Of a DNA stretch of 64,000 nucleotides, positions 47,266 to 56,385 are shown piece after piece. The DNA is from a virus. The DNA lies in the IMG/VR virus record IMGVR_UViG_3300030329_006012, positions 1 to 64,000 of that record; one strand, 5' to 3'. Each line of letters starts with the position of its first letter. Positions within the stretch are counted from its first letter, which is position 1. The notes beneath the pieces are model-generated. The model made no database searches and had not been told where the DNA came from. It worked only from the letters and a program-made list of their open reading frames with translations. Position numbers and translations under genes: made by a program.

Positions 47266-48294
47266 ATGGCAACAATTTTTAAGAATTTATCAAGCGACAA
47301 CATCACGTCTACGAGAACGCTTTTACATGAATCAGTTCCAGTGACGGGAACAATCGTTTCCGGCAGTGCATATGATGATTCGAACATCAAAAACTACTCT
47401 CACGGCATGTTTCAATCAGTATATGATTACCCCATTCTGAGCTCCTCTGCCAATCATCTTTTTGATTTAACCTGTGGCTATGCAACAGGATCGCACTTGA
47501 ATGTTTCTACCAACTCAGAGAACTCCAAGAAGGTAAACATTTATGGCCAAATGGCGCAAGTGCTCGTTGGGCACGATTCTTCTGGAAACATTTTGGAATT
47601 TGATAATGACGGCAACTTTGCCACTACTGGTGACAAAATTACAGAAGCCTATTTTATTAATCTTTCTCGGCTCCTAACCAAAGACGAAATCAAGAAGGGA
47701 ACCTTTTCTCTTGAGATTGGTGACGGTACAGCTTATGACACCCCATTTTCTTCAACAGAAATAATTTCCGACGCAGGAGCAGACACTAACTATAGAACAA
47801 ACTCTCCAGCCGGCGAATACGGTGTTTTATACACAGGTTCGGCTCCGTTTACGGAAGGTACAGGCGTTGGACTTATTTACTATCAAGCCGGAGTTGCTGT
47901 CTTGACAGCCTCTGTCTTTGGTTCGGCAATTATGAATACTGCAGATGACGAAGTAGAGGCAGCTCTCACCGGGACCACTATTCAGGATAATGCAGATGAT
48001 CTCCGCCACCGTTATGAGAATATGTCTTTCAACAATACAATTGAGTTGAACTCTACCATTTACTTCTGTAACGCCAATCACAATGAGTTTAACTACAGCT
48101 CGAATCCAACATACTTGAGCAGTAGCCAAATCAGAGTTAAGGATGGAAATGCCCAGAAATCTCCATCTTCATATATCACTTCTGTGGGCCTTTACTCAGC
48201 TGACAATGAGCTTTTGGCAACAGCGAAATTATCTGAACCACTTAAAAAGGATCCCTCATCCACGCTCACGCTTAGGGTGAGGCTAGATTATTAG
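47266..48294 (+). CDS. Virion structural protein, fibre/baseplate attachment-like (paralog of 48321)
   Basis: C-terminal YITSVGLY...ELLATAKLSEPLKK...TLRVRLDY. Confidence 0.6.
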   Translation: MATIFKNLSSDNITSTRTLLHESVPVTGTIVSGSAYDDSNIKNYSHGMFQSVYDYPILSSSANHLFDLTCGYATGSHLNVSTNSENSKKVNIYGQMAQVLVGHDSSGNILEFDNDGNFATTGDKITEAYFINLSRLLTKDEIKKGTFSLEIGDGTAYDTPFSSTEIISDAGADTNYRTNSPAGEYGVLYTGSAPFTEGTGVGLIYYQAGVAVLTASVFGSAIMNTADDEVEAALTGTTIQDNADDLRHRYENMSFNNTIELNSTIYFCNANHNEFNYSSNPTYLSSSQIRVKDGNAQKSPSSYITSVGLYSADNELLATAKLSEPLKKDPSSTLTLRVRLDY

Positions 48295-48320
48295 ACCCCT
48301 TTTCCGAAGAGGAGGAGTGA

Positions 48321-49430
48321 ATGTCCTTTTACAAGTTTGATAAGAAAGATATTTTACTAAACAAGATTAGATCCTATCCTGAAGTCAAGATTTATGTTGA
48401 CTCTGGTAATGTTTACTATAACAATTCTTACGTGCCAGGCATAAAGCCTGTCAATCATATTTCTGGAAGTGAACTTCGGGTTGCACAAAATTCATGGAAC
48501 TGCCGACCAGTGTTTGTTCCGTCTTCCTCCTATGACTCCCCAACCGTTCTTCCTGACACGATATGGACAAAAGACTATTTCTTAAGCTCAAGTGCCAACA
48601 TTTCATCTGACTACTTAATTGGCGCACCCGTTGTTTATCCCGATAGCCCTCCCGATCCAAAACTGTCGGCACTGAAGAATACTTTAAATTATTATTCTAA
48701 AAACAGTATCAACTACTCCTTCTCTTCGAGCATCGGAGGGAACTCTTGGTACAAGCCAGAGCAAGACATGATGCTCATTAGCATACCCTCTATCTTATAT
48801 GGCTCTCAGATCCAACCCGGCAGTATTAAGTTGAGCTTTTATGTAACGGGAACACTCGCGGCCGAACTAACTGACTCCACTAAGCGAGGAGATCTCACCG
48901 ACGATAGCGGCAGAACTGCAGGAGTGGCTCTCTATAATGAGGGGTTCTTTCTGCTGACTGGCTCTTGGGCGCTAGGAGTAAGCACAGATATGAACTATCC
49001 GGTTCCTGACGACAACCCCCGATGGAAGTATTTCGGATATCAGAACCCTGCATTGACAGACTCTACATTCAATATAAGTTTCAATGGCACGACTTATACT
49101 CCGTCGATGACGATGTTTGCCCACGCAAACAAGGGAGAACTAAATAGTTCGAATAATCCAACTTTTATTAAGCACTCGTCATCTTTGGACGCCAACCAAA
49201 AGCTTCTTGTAACGAGCTCTCATATGTACGTGGAGAACAGCATGCGCGAGGTTGAGAATGTTACCTCGTCCTCTTTCGCTTCTTCTGGGTCTTTCGAAAA
49301 AACGTCGTACCTATCCTCTATTGGGGTTTATGATGATGATCACAATTTAGTTGGCATTGCCAAGCTCGCCACTCCCGTTAGAAAGAGGGAAAAAGATAGC
49401 TACACGTTTAAAATAAAGATGGATCTGTGA
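48321..49430 (+). CDS. Virion structural protein (paralog of 47266)
   Basis: C-terminal YLSSIGVY...NLVGIAKLATPVRK...TFKIKMDL. Confidence 0.6.
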   Translation: MSFYKFDKKDILLNKIRSYPEVKIYVDSGNVYYNNSYVPGIKPVNHISGSELRVAQNSWNCRPVFVPSSSYDSPTVLPDTIWTKDYFLSSSANISSDYLIGAPVVYPDSPPDPKLSALKNTLNYYSKNSINYSFSSSIGGNSWYKPEQDMMLISIPSILYGSQIQPGSIKLSFYVTGTLAAELTDSTKRGDLTDDSGRTAGVALYNEGFFLLTGSWALGVSTDMNYPVPDDNPRWKYFGYQNPALTDSTFNISFNGTTYTPSMTMFAHANKGELNSSNNPTFIKHSSSLDANQKLLVTSSHMYVENSMREVENVTSSSFASSGSFEKTSYLSSIGVYDDDHNLVGIAKLATPVRKREKDSYTFKIKMDL

Positions 49431-49436
49431 TATAAT
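49428..49436 (+). promoter_or_regulatory. Extended -10 promoter (TGATATAAT), probably giving a leaderless mRNA
   Basis: Perfect TGnTATAAT ends 6 nt before ATG 49443, with no SD in between. Sits at the boundary between the structural and replication modules. Confidence 0.6.
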
Positions 49437-49442
49437 ATCTAT

Positions 49443-49964
49443 ATGATCTGTGGCCTTGATATTAGCACTAGCATTACTGGTGTTACATTACTTGACAATT
49501 CTGGAAAAATAGTGTATAATGAAGCTTGGGATACGAGAAAATTCAAGGATTTTTTCGCAAAAGCGGAGTTTATTAGAAGAAAAATAACATTCCTTACGGA
49601 GAGTTACGACATTGATGAGATATATATAGAGCAATCTCTGCAGTCTTTTCGCAGCGGATTCTCTTCTGCAAAGACACTTTCGTCATTAAGTCGATTCAAC
49701 GGAGTCGTTTCTTGGCTCATGTTTCAGCACACAAAGGTAAAACCAGAATACTTATCGGCAACTTCTGCCCGAAAGTCTTGCGGAATTAAAGTTCCGAGAG
49801 GCTCAAAGGCCAAACAGGTTGTTGTTGACTTTTTGCTTGACAATGAGCCACAATTTATGGTAGAATATACAAGATTCGGAAATGTTAAACCTGAATGCTT
49901 TGATAAGGCAGACAGCATAATTATAGCAAAAGCGGGATATAATTGTCGGCAGGACAGAAGTTAA
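49443..49964 (+). CDS. RuvC-like Holliday junction resolvase
   Basis: ICGLDISTSITG, IYIEQ and DKADSIIIA (RNase H-fold acidic residues). Confidence 0.85.
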   Translation: MICGLDISTSITGVTLLDNSGKIVYNEAWDTRKFKDFFAKAEFIRRKITFLTESYDIDEIYIEQSLQSFRSGFSSAKTLSSLSRFNGVVSWLMFQHTKVKPEYLSATSARKSCGIKVPRGSKAKQVVVDFLLDNEPQFMVEYTRFGNVKPECFDKADSIIIAKAGYNCRQDRS

Positions 49965-50911
49965 AAATTCTAAGATCTTTTCTCGGACATTCACAGAAGG
50001 TCGGAGCAGAACATCTTTTTACATGCCCTAAGTGTAGGCACCACAAGAAAAAGCTTTCCATAAATATAGGAAAGGACAGCTTTAAGTGTTGGATCTGCGA
50101 CTACAAATCTCCATCTATCGCCAGACTCGTTCGGAGATATGGCGGGTTCAACCAGAAGGTTGAATGGGAGAGGATTTCAGGAAGAATCGATCTTTCATCG
50201 CCGGAGTCTGACCTTGTTTCGATGATAAACACAATCGGGGAAACAGCGCAGGAGTCGCTAGAAGAGGTAATTTCTTTACCGACAGAGTTTAAAACCCTAA
50301 CTGGAACGCCTACCCACATTTCCGCAGTTAAGGCGATGAGATATTTGAACTCTCGTGCCGTAGACAAGAAGGACATCTTAAAGTGGAAGATTGGGTATTG
50401 CTCAACAGGCGAATATGAAGACCGAATTGTGATCCCCTCATTCAACACCGATGGCAGGGTCAACTATTTTATAGCCAGATCGTATGGCGACTCTTGGATG
50501 AAGTATAAAAATCCACCGGCCCATAAAGATATAGTTTTTAACGAACTGTACGTTGATTGGGATAGCGATCTTATATTGGTCGAGGGTGTCTTCGACGCCC
50601 TTGTAGCCGGAAATGCTATTCCACTCTTAGGGTCCTCCCTGCGTGAAGACAGCAGGCTGTTCTCGAAGATTGTGCGACACGACACACCACTTTACATTGC
50701 ACTGGATCATGACGCTGAGTCCAAGGCAATAAGGCTAATTAATAGCCTCTTAAAATATGATATGGAAATATATAAAATTGACGTATCAGGCTTCAGCGAT
50801 GTTGGTAGTATGCCAAAGGAAATATTTAGACAAAGAAAGAATTCGGCCATCCCCATGACTGGCTCTCTTTCTTGTCTTGAGTATGCATTGAATGGACTCG
50901 ATGCACAATAG
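49943..50911 (+). CDS. DNA primase (Zn finger plus TOPRIM)
   Basis: CPKC.H...CWIC, RIVIP...FIAR, LVEGVFDAL and IALDHD. Confidence 0.9.
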   Translation: MSAGQKLKILRSFLGHSQKVGAEHLFTCPKCRHHKKKLSINIGKDSFKCWICDYKSPSIARLVRRYGGFNQKVEWERISGRIDLSSPESDLVSMINTIGETAQESLEEVISLPTEFKTLTGTPTHISAVKAMRYLNSRAVDKKDILKWKIGYCSTGEYEDRIVIPSFNTDGRVNYFIARSYGDSWMKYKNPPAHKDIVFNELYVDWDSDLILVEGVFDALVAGNAIPLLGSSLREDSRLFSKIVRHDTPLYIALDHDAESKAIRLINSLLKYDMEIYKIDVSGFSDVGSMPKEIFRQRKNSAIPMTGSLSCLEYALNGLDAQ

Positions 50912-50923
50912 GAGAAAACAAAT

Positions 50924-53900
50924 ATGGTAAGAATCGCTCACATTAGTGATACGCATATACGTAATTTAAAATTTCACAAACAATATAGGGCAGCTTTCGA
51001 AGATATGTATGACAAACTTCGAGAGCTTAAGCCGGATTACATCATTCATTGCGGAGACATTGCACACCGCAAGACAGACATATCGCCGGAACTTGTGGAC
51101 ATGACCACTGACTTCATCAGGGGAATGGCAGACATCGCTCCTACCCATATTATTTTAGGAAACCATGATGGCAACTTGAGGAACGACAGTCGGCAAGATG
51201 CCATCTCCCCGATCATTGCGGCAATGGACAATTCCAATGTGCATCTATATAAAAAATCAGGAGAGTTCGACATTGGAGATGACATTGTACTGAATGTGCT
51301 ATCTGTGTTTGACAAGGACAACTGGATTACCGAGCCGACCAATCTGGATAAGATTAATGTCGCCCTCTATCACGGCCCAGTCGCTGGCTGTAAAACAGAG
51401 ACTGGCTTCATGCTGGAACATGGCGTCAACATTTCTGTCTTGCAGAATTTTGATTATGGCTTGTTGGGCGATATTCACAAGACAAACCAGAAGCTAGACC
51501 ATGAAGGCAGGGTCAGGTATTGTGGATCCACCATTCAGCAAAATCATGGCGAAACAAACGACAAGGGATTTTTGATCTGGGATATCGAAGATGGGGATAA
51601 TTTTTCTGTCACCCACCACCAGATCTTGAATATAAATCCGTTTGTTACGGTGATCTTGACTCCAAAAGGAAAGGTGCCAAAGGGACTGGATATTCCCGAA
51701 GGCTCCCGCGTTCGTATTCGCTCCATGAACCAGATTTCAGTCGGTGCGATGAGAAAAGCACAGGCAGTTATTCAGTCGAAATTTAATCCGGAATCAACGA
51801 CAACTCAAAACAATGTTAGTGGTGTTGTCGGCAGCGTAGAAGATGCAGTGAGGGAAGCTCTAGAAGAGGATCTCCGAGATGAGAAGATACAGGAAAAGCT
51901 AATCACGAACTATCTTAGCGATTTTGAATTGTCTGACGAGATGTTGTCGGAGGTTTTACAGATAAACCGTCGCATGAATACGCTGGCCTCCGCAGAAAAA
52001 GACGAGGTTTCCAGAAACATCCACTGGAAACTGAAGAACCTTGAGTGGGACAACTTGTTTAATTATGGAGAAGGTAACAAGGTGGACTTCCAAAAGCTGT
52101 CTGGCGTTATTGGCATCTTTGGGGAGAACTATTCTGGCAAGAGTAGCACTATTGATTCCCTGTGTTATGCTCTCTTTAATAATACAACAAAGAGCGTTCG
52201 CAAAGCATACAATATAATAAATCAAAACAAAAGCCGGTGTAGAGCCAAGGCAGTTATTGATATTGCTGGCCAAGATTATGTTGTCGAACGCCGCAGCGAG
52301 AAGTATGTCAAGCGTCTCAAGGGCGAAGTTACCAATGAGGCGAAAACAGACGTTGACTTTCTCCTCCTTGATTCATCTGGTGATGCTAGGGAATTAAACG
52401 GAACAACGAGATCGGCAACAGATAAGCAAATTGCAAGGTATTTCGGAAATATAGATGACTTTCTGTTGACCTCTATGTCTTCACAGACAGATTCTTTGAC
52501 CTTTCTTAAAGAAGGCTGCACCAAGAGGAAAGAGATTCTTGCCAAGTTTCTTGATTTGGTTCTTTTTGAGGAGAAGTTTGCACTAGCAAAGACTGAGGCT
52601 TCCGATCTTAAGGGACTCATCAAGGCCCTTGAGGGAAGGGATTATGACCGCGAAATTTTTGATACTGCAGCTGACCTCTACAGAAATGAGGAGTCCCTTG
52701 CAGAACAGAAATCTGACTGTGAGAGGTACAAAGAAGACCTGAAGATAACAAACGATGAGATAGAGACAATCTCTCAGCAGATCGATTCAATACCCTCTGA
52801 CATAATCGATTCAGAGAAGACAAAAAAAATGGTAAAATCCCTCAATAAAGAGTTGGTCGGAATAAAGGATGCCGTCATTTCGACAGAGAAGGATAGGGTA
52901 AAAAATACCCAAGGGCTTGAAAAGATAAACGAATTCTTGTCTACTTTCGATATTGACTTATATAGAAAGACCAGAGAAGAGATTACATCACTGGAGAGGA
53001 AGATCGCCGATCTCTCTGCCGAGGAGGACTCGCTATCAAATACGTTTGCGGTAGCGAAGAAGAAATCCACGCTTCTACGTGAGGTTCCTTGTGGAGACAT
53101 GTTTCTTGGCTGCAAGTTTCTTTCCGATGCATCTGAGGCGAGGGAGAGTCTTCCTGAGTTGGAGGGCAAACTATACTCAATTACCTCAAGAAAGGATGAG
53201 GCTTCTGAGTCTCTGCGCTTGCTTGATACCACCTCTGTGGATTCGAGGATTGATAATTATGAAAAACTTCTCGACAAGAAGGTCGAAAAAGAGAGAGCTA
53301 TCGCAGAGGCATCACTTTTATCAGAAAAACTCATGCTAGAGGCAAAAGAGAAAGAGAGACACATCTCAGATCTTGAGTCAGACATCCAGATTTATGAAGA
53401 TAATATTGAAGCAATTGAAAACCTGGAAACAATGCTGAAGACCAAAGCAACGCTTGAGAAAGAGGCGACGGGCATCATGGAGAACCTTGGGGCCTGCGAG
53501 GAGCAAGTTCTTGAGCTGTATAAGGTGAACGGTTCTCTGGAAGAGAAGCTTGCAGCCCTTGAGAGGGATAAGGAGACCCTAAGCCACAAGAGAGAGGAAT
53601 ATGCTGCGTATGATTATTTTCTTCGATGTATGCATGCACATGGGATTTCCTCTGACATCGTAAAGAGGAGACTTCCTGTTATTAATGCGGAGATTTCCAA
53701 GGTGTTGTCTAATGTGGTTGAGTTCGAGATATTTCTTGAGACAGATGGCCGCAAGCTGGATATCTTAATTAAACATCCCAAGTTTGATCCGAGGCCGATT
53801 GAGCTTGGCTCAGGCGCCGAAAAAACACTCGCCGCCATAGCGATTAGACTAGCCCTTCTCAGTGTTAGTACTCTGCCTCGCGGAGATGTATTCATTCTTG

Positions 53901-54079
53901 ATGAGCCAGGTACAGCACTTGATGAAAACAACATGGAAGGTTTTTCTAGGATTGTTGACATGATCAAGACGCAATTCAACAAGGTTATTTTAATCTCTCA
54001 CCTCGATAGCCTTAAAGACACTGCAGATGTCACAATTGACATAGATAGGAAAGATGGTTTTGCTCATATTGATCAGTAA
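50924..54079 (+). CDS. Fused SbcD(Mre11/gp47)-SbcC(Rad50/gp46) nuclease-ATPase
   Basis: Metallophosphoesterase motifs SDTH, CGD, GNHD, YHG and GDIH, then Walker A GENYSGKSS, coiled coil, Cys pair, signature GSGAE, ILDEP and ISH in one 1051-aa ORF. Confidence 0.92.
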   Translation: MVRIAHISDTHIRNLKFHKQYRAAFEDMYDKLRELKPDYIIHCGDIAHRKTDISPELVDMTTDFIRGMADIAPTHIILGNHDGNLRNDSRQDAISPIIAAMDNSNVHLYKKSGEFDIGDDIVLNVLSVFDKDNWITEPTNLDKINVALYHGPVAGCKTETGFMLEHGVNISVLQNFDYGLLGDIHKTNQKLDHEGRVRYCGSTIQQNHGETNDKGFLIWDIEDGDNFSVTHHQILNINPFVTVILTPKGKVPKGLDIPEGSRVRIRSMNQISVGAMRKAQAVIQSKFNPESTTTQNNVSGVVGSVEDAVREALEEDLRDEKIQEKLITNYLSDFELSDEMLSEVLQINRRMNTLASAEKDEVSRNIHWKLKNLEWDNLFNYGEGNKVDFQKLSGVIGIFGENYSGKSSTIDSLCYALFNNTTKSVRKAYNIINQNKSRCRAKAVIDIAGQDYVVERRSEKYVKRLKGEVTNEAKTDVDFLLLDSSGDARELNGTTRSATDKQIARYFGNIDDFLLTSMSSQTDSLTFLKEGCTKRKEILAKFLDLVLFEEKFALAKTEASDLKGLIKALEGRDYDREIFDTAADLYRNEESLAEQKSDCERYKEDLKITNDEIETISQQIDSIPSDIIDSEKTKKMVKSLNKELVGIKDAVISTEKDRVKNTQGLEKINEFLSTFDIDLYRKTREEITSLERKIADLSAEEDSLSNTFAVAKKKSTLLREVPCGDMFLGCKFLSDASEARESLPELEGKLYSITSRKDEASESLRLLDTTSVDSRIDNYEKLLDKKVEKERAIAEASLLSEKLMLEAKEKERHISDLESDIQIYEDNIEAIENLETMLKTKATLEKEATGIMENLGACEEQVLELYKVNGSLEEKLAALERDKETLSHKREEYAAYDYFLRCMHAHGISSDIVKRRLPVINAEISKVLSNVVEFEIFLETDGRKLDILIKHPKFDPRPIELGSGAEKTLAAIAIRLALLSVSTLPRGDVFILDEPGTALDENNMEGFSRIVDMIKTQFNKVILISHLDSLKDTADVTIDIDRKDGFAHIDQ

Positions 54080-54082
54080 TGA

Positions 54083-54089
54083 CTATTTA
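54083..54089 (+). promoter_or_regulatory. Putative late-promoter motif CTATTTA
   Basis: Directly after the SbcCD stop and before the GGAGGTG RBS of the holin-like gene. Confidence 0.5.
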
Positions 54090-54112
54090 CTTCTATAGTG
54101 GAGGTGACTATT

Positions 54113-54367
54113 ATGAGCACTGATGAAAAAATTAAATTAGATACAATCGAGGAGAAGATTGACCAAATGACGTCTAAGTCCGGAGTACTGGACAGACTGT
54201 TCAGCAAAGTGGCTTCTCGCAAGTTAATGGTCTGGATGACAGCAACAGCCCTTATGTCTGTTGCGGCACTGGAGTCCGAGCATTGGGTTTGGATTAGTAT
54301 CGTATATCTAGGTGGGCAATCTGCTATTGACATCTTTGAAAGGATCAAGGGGTATAAAAAGCAGTGA
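54113..54367 (+). CDS. Holin-like small membrane protein
   Basis: SRKL followed by two short hydrophobic helices and a basic C-terminus (KGYKKQ); GGAGGTG RBS. Confidence 0.5.
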   Translation: MSTDEKIKLDTIEEKIDQMTSKSGVLDRLFSKVASRKLMVWMTATALMSVAALESEHWVWISIVYLGGQSAIDIFERIKGYKKQ

Positions 54368-54996
54368 AGGTTACAGTAACCATATCCAGAAAAAAGGTTC
54401 TGACCAATAAGAGGGGGAAGTCGCTGGTGATGGTTTCTGGTGGACTAGATAGCGTGGCAGCACTTGTGTGGCTTCTTGAAAACACCGATGACCTTATTCA
54501 CGTGCACCATGTAAGGTTGTTTAATTATGAAGACAGATCTACCCCTGAGTACGAGGCATATAAGAATTGTATGAAATATATAGAAGAAAATTATAGACCC
54601 CTGCATTTGGTTACAGAATCGGTCGTCTCTTGGCCAGAGCCGTTTTGCCCGTGGGACATGTACTCTTATATGTTCCAAGGCGCCCTTCTGATAAACTGCT
54701 ATAATCCCGGCTTCAACCCTACGAGGATTGTCACTGGGAGCATCGACGAGGAAGACCCGAACACTAATGTGCACGTTCGACGAGGTGTTTCGTGGGAGAT
54801 GTTTAAGCTTTTGTGCGAACATGCTGTTGAGTGGTATAAGCCGCTGCTTCATATGAAAAAGCCAGAGGTCGCTGCCATTTTGCCAGATGAGCTTCGAAGA
54901 ATGACCTTTTCGTGCCGCTCCCCCATTGTTGAGGACGGCATTTATCGAAGCTGTGGCGAATGCCGTCCCTGCTGGGCCAGAAGGAAAGAGGACTAA
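54364..54996 (+). CDS. QueC-like (7-cyano-7-deazaguanine synthase family) PP-loop protein
   Basis: VMVSGGLDS PP-loop, PLLHMKK and Zn-site SC...CGECRPC. Confidence 0.7.
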   Translation: MKVTVTISRKKVLTNKRGKSLVMVSGGLDSVAALVWLLENTDDLIHVHHVRLFNYEDRSTPEYEAYKNCMKYIEENYRPLHLVTESVVSWPEPFCPWDMYSYMFQGALLINCYNPGFNPTRIVTGSIDEEDPNTNVHVRRGVSWEMFKLLCEHAVEWYKPLLHMKKPEVAAILPDELRRMTFSCRSPIVEDGIYRSCGECRPCWARRKED

Positions 54997-55367
54997 TGAT
55001 AAAATTTAAAAAGGCTGTCTTGTTTTTGAAACACTATTGGTATTTCCCTGTCTTGTTCATTGTAGCTGCAGTGGCATTTATTGTCCACAGGAAAAAGGTG
55101 GAGATGCTGATCGACATCTTGGTCGGGTCAATGGAGAGCCACAAGAGAGAGATCGAAGTTTTGAACGAGGCCGAGAGGAAGAAGTCAGAGAGGCTCGAAA
55201 GTGCCGCCCTAGATCATTCGAAAGAATTGCAAGAAATATTTTCAGATGAGGCATTGGCACTTGAAGATGCCGGAAAACAAAAAGAGAAAAGAGAAAAATC
55301 ACTTCAGGAGCTGGAAATGGAGATGCTTGCTGACGAGATGAAGAAGGCTTTTAAGAAAGAGAGTTAA
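54996..55367 (+). CDS. Membrane-anchored coiled-coil protein (spanin-like?)
   Basis: N-terminal TM (WYFPVLFIVAAVAFIV) then a charged helical region. Confidence 0.5.
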   Translation: MIKFKKAVLFLKHYWYFPVLFIVAAVAFIVHRKKVEMLIDILVGSMESHKREIEVLNEAERKKSERLESAALDHSKELQEIFSDEALALEDAGKQKEKREKSLQELEMEMLADEMKKAFKKES

Positions 55368-55368
55368 T

Positions 55369-55809
55369 ATGAAGAGGTTAGTTGTGTGTATTCTGTTGTT
55401 TAGTTTCCCGACTTTTGCAACAGATTTGGTGGTAGAGGGAATACGAAAAGGCCAGCCATCCCCTTTTGACGGCGTTGTTATGGATGCAGACACGGCTGCA
55501 AAAGTAATTGCTGAGCGAGAGTATGAGATCAAGAAGTGCGATATTAAGATTGAGCACGAGAAAAAGAAGAAAGATTCTCTTTGCGACTTAAAGACCGAGA
55601 TACTTGATGCTAAACTAAAAGCAGAGGAAGAAAAGAACAATGCCATTACAAAAATCAAAACAGAAGAAATCGAAAGACTTACGAAGGCTCTTGAAAACTC
55701 CTCAACCGACTACAGCGAGTGGTGGTTTGTTGGTGGCTTTTTCGCAGGAATTGTGGCTTCTATCGGGGTGTTTTACGCCGCCGTAAAAACTTCTCAAGGT
55801 GATGTGTGA
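55369..55809 (+). CDS. Exported protein with signal peptide, coiled coil and C-terminal TM
   Basis: MKRLVVCILLFSFPTFA signal and C-terminal WWFVGGFFAGIVASIGVFY. Confidence 0.6.
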   Translation: MKRLVVCILLFSFPTFATDLVVEGIRKGQPSPFDGVVMDADTAAKVIAEREYEIKKCDIKIEHEKKKKDSLCDLKTEILDAKLKAEEEKNNAITKIKTEEIERLTKALENSSTDYSEWWFVGGFFAGIVASIGVFYAAVKTSQGDV

Positions 55810-56204
55810 AGAAAGATTTAAATGAGATAGCTTCATTGGAAAAAGCCATTTCCCAGAAATACGGAGCAGACACAGTGGTTAATCCAAAATCCACTTGGGA
55901 TGCCGAGAGGGAAGAGGATTATATAGAACAGTTGAAAAAAGTAGCAAAATCAGAAGCTGCGACCTCTAAAAGCCATTCTCAAGTCGAATTAAACGGTTTT
56001 TTGTTATCTCGAAAACTAATTAATAAACGAAGTGAAAGGGTTTGTCCTGTTTGCGACACATATTCTTTCAGCAAAAGAGATGATTTATATATGAATCGTT
56101 TCGAGTGTTGTTTGAAGTGTTACATTAACTTCGTAGAAGACAGAGAAGAAAGATGGGCTACCGGATGGCGGCCCGAAAAATTGGAGAAGAATAGAGATGA
56201 TTAA
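55806..56204 (+). CDS. Hypothetical protein with Zn-finger-like CPVC...CCLKC
   Basis: Cys pattern; GTG start overlaps the upstream stop. Confidence 0.6.
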   Translation: MKKDLNEIASLEKAISQKYGADTVVNPKSTWDAEREEDYIEQLKKVAKSEAATSKSHSQVELNGFLLSRKLINKRSERVCPVCDTYSFSKRDDLYMNRFECCLKCYINFVEDREERWATGWRPEKLEKNRDD

Positions 56205-56385
56205 AGAAAAATTACAAGAGATTATTGATGTGCTGTCTGCTGCAGATAGAGATACGCAAAAGTTTGATCGCGGAAATGCTACAGCGGGAACCAGAGTTAG
56301 GAAGAACGCAATGGAAGCTATAAAACTACTCAAAGATATGAGAGCCGAAATTATCGACATTCGCAACGAAAGAAAAAACCACTAA
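56197..56385 (+). CDS. Histone H1-like Hc1-family small protein
   Basis: D..KFDRGNATAGTRVRK...E..KL.K..R matches the Hc1/HctA N-terminal pattern (K..KGNKAA..R.R....LEK..K..R). Confidence 0.7.
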   Translation: MIKEKLQEIIDVLSAADRDTQKFDRGNATAGTRVRKNAMEAIKLLKDMRAEIIDIRNERKNH

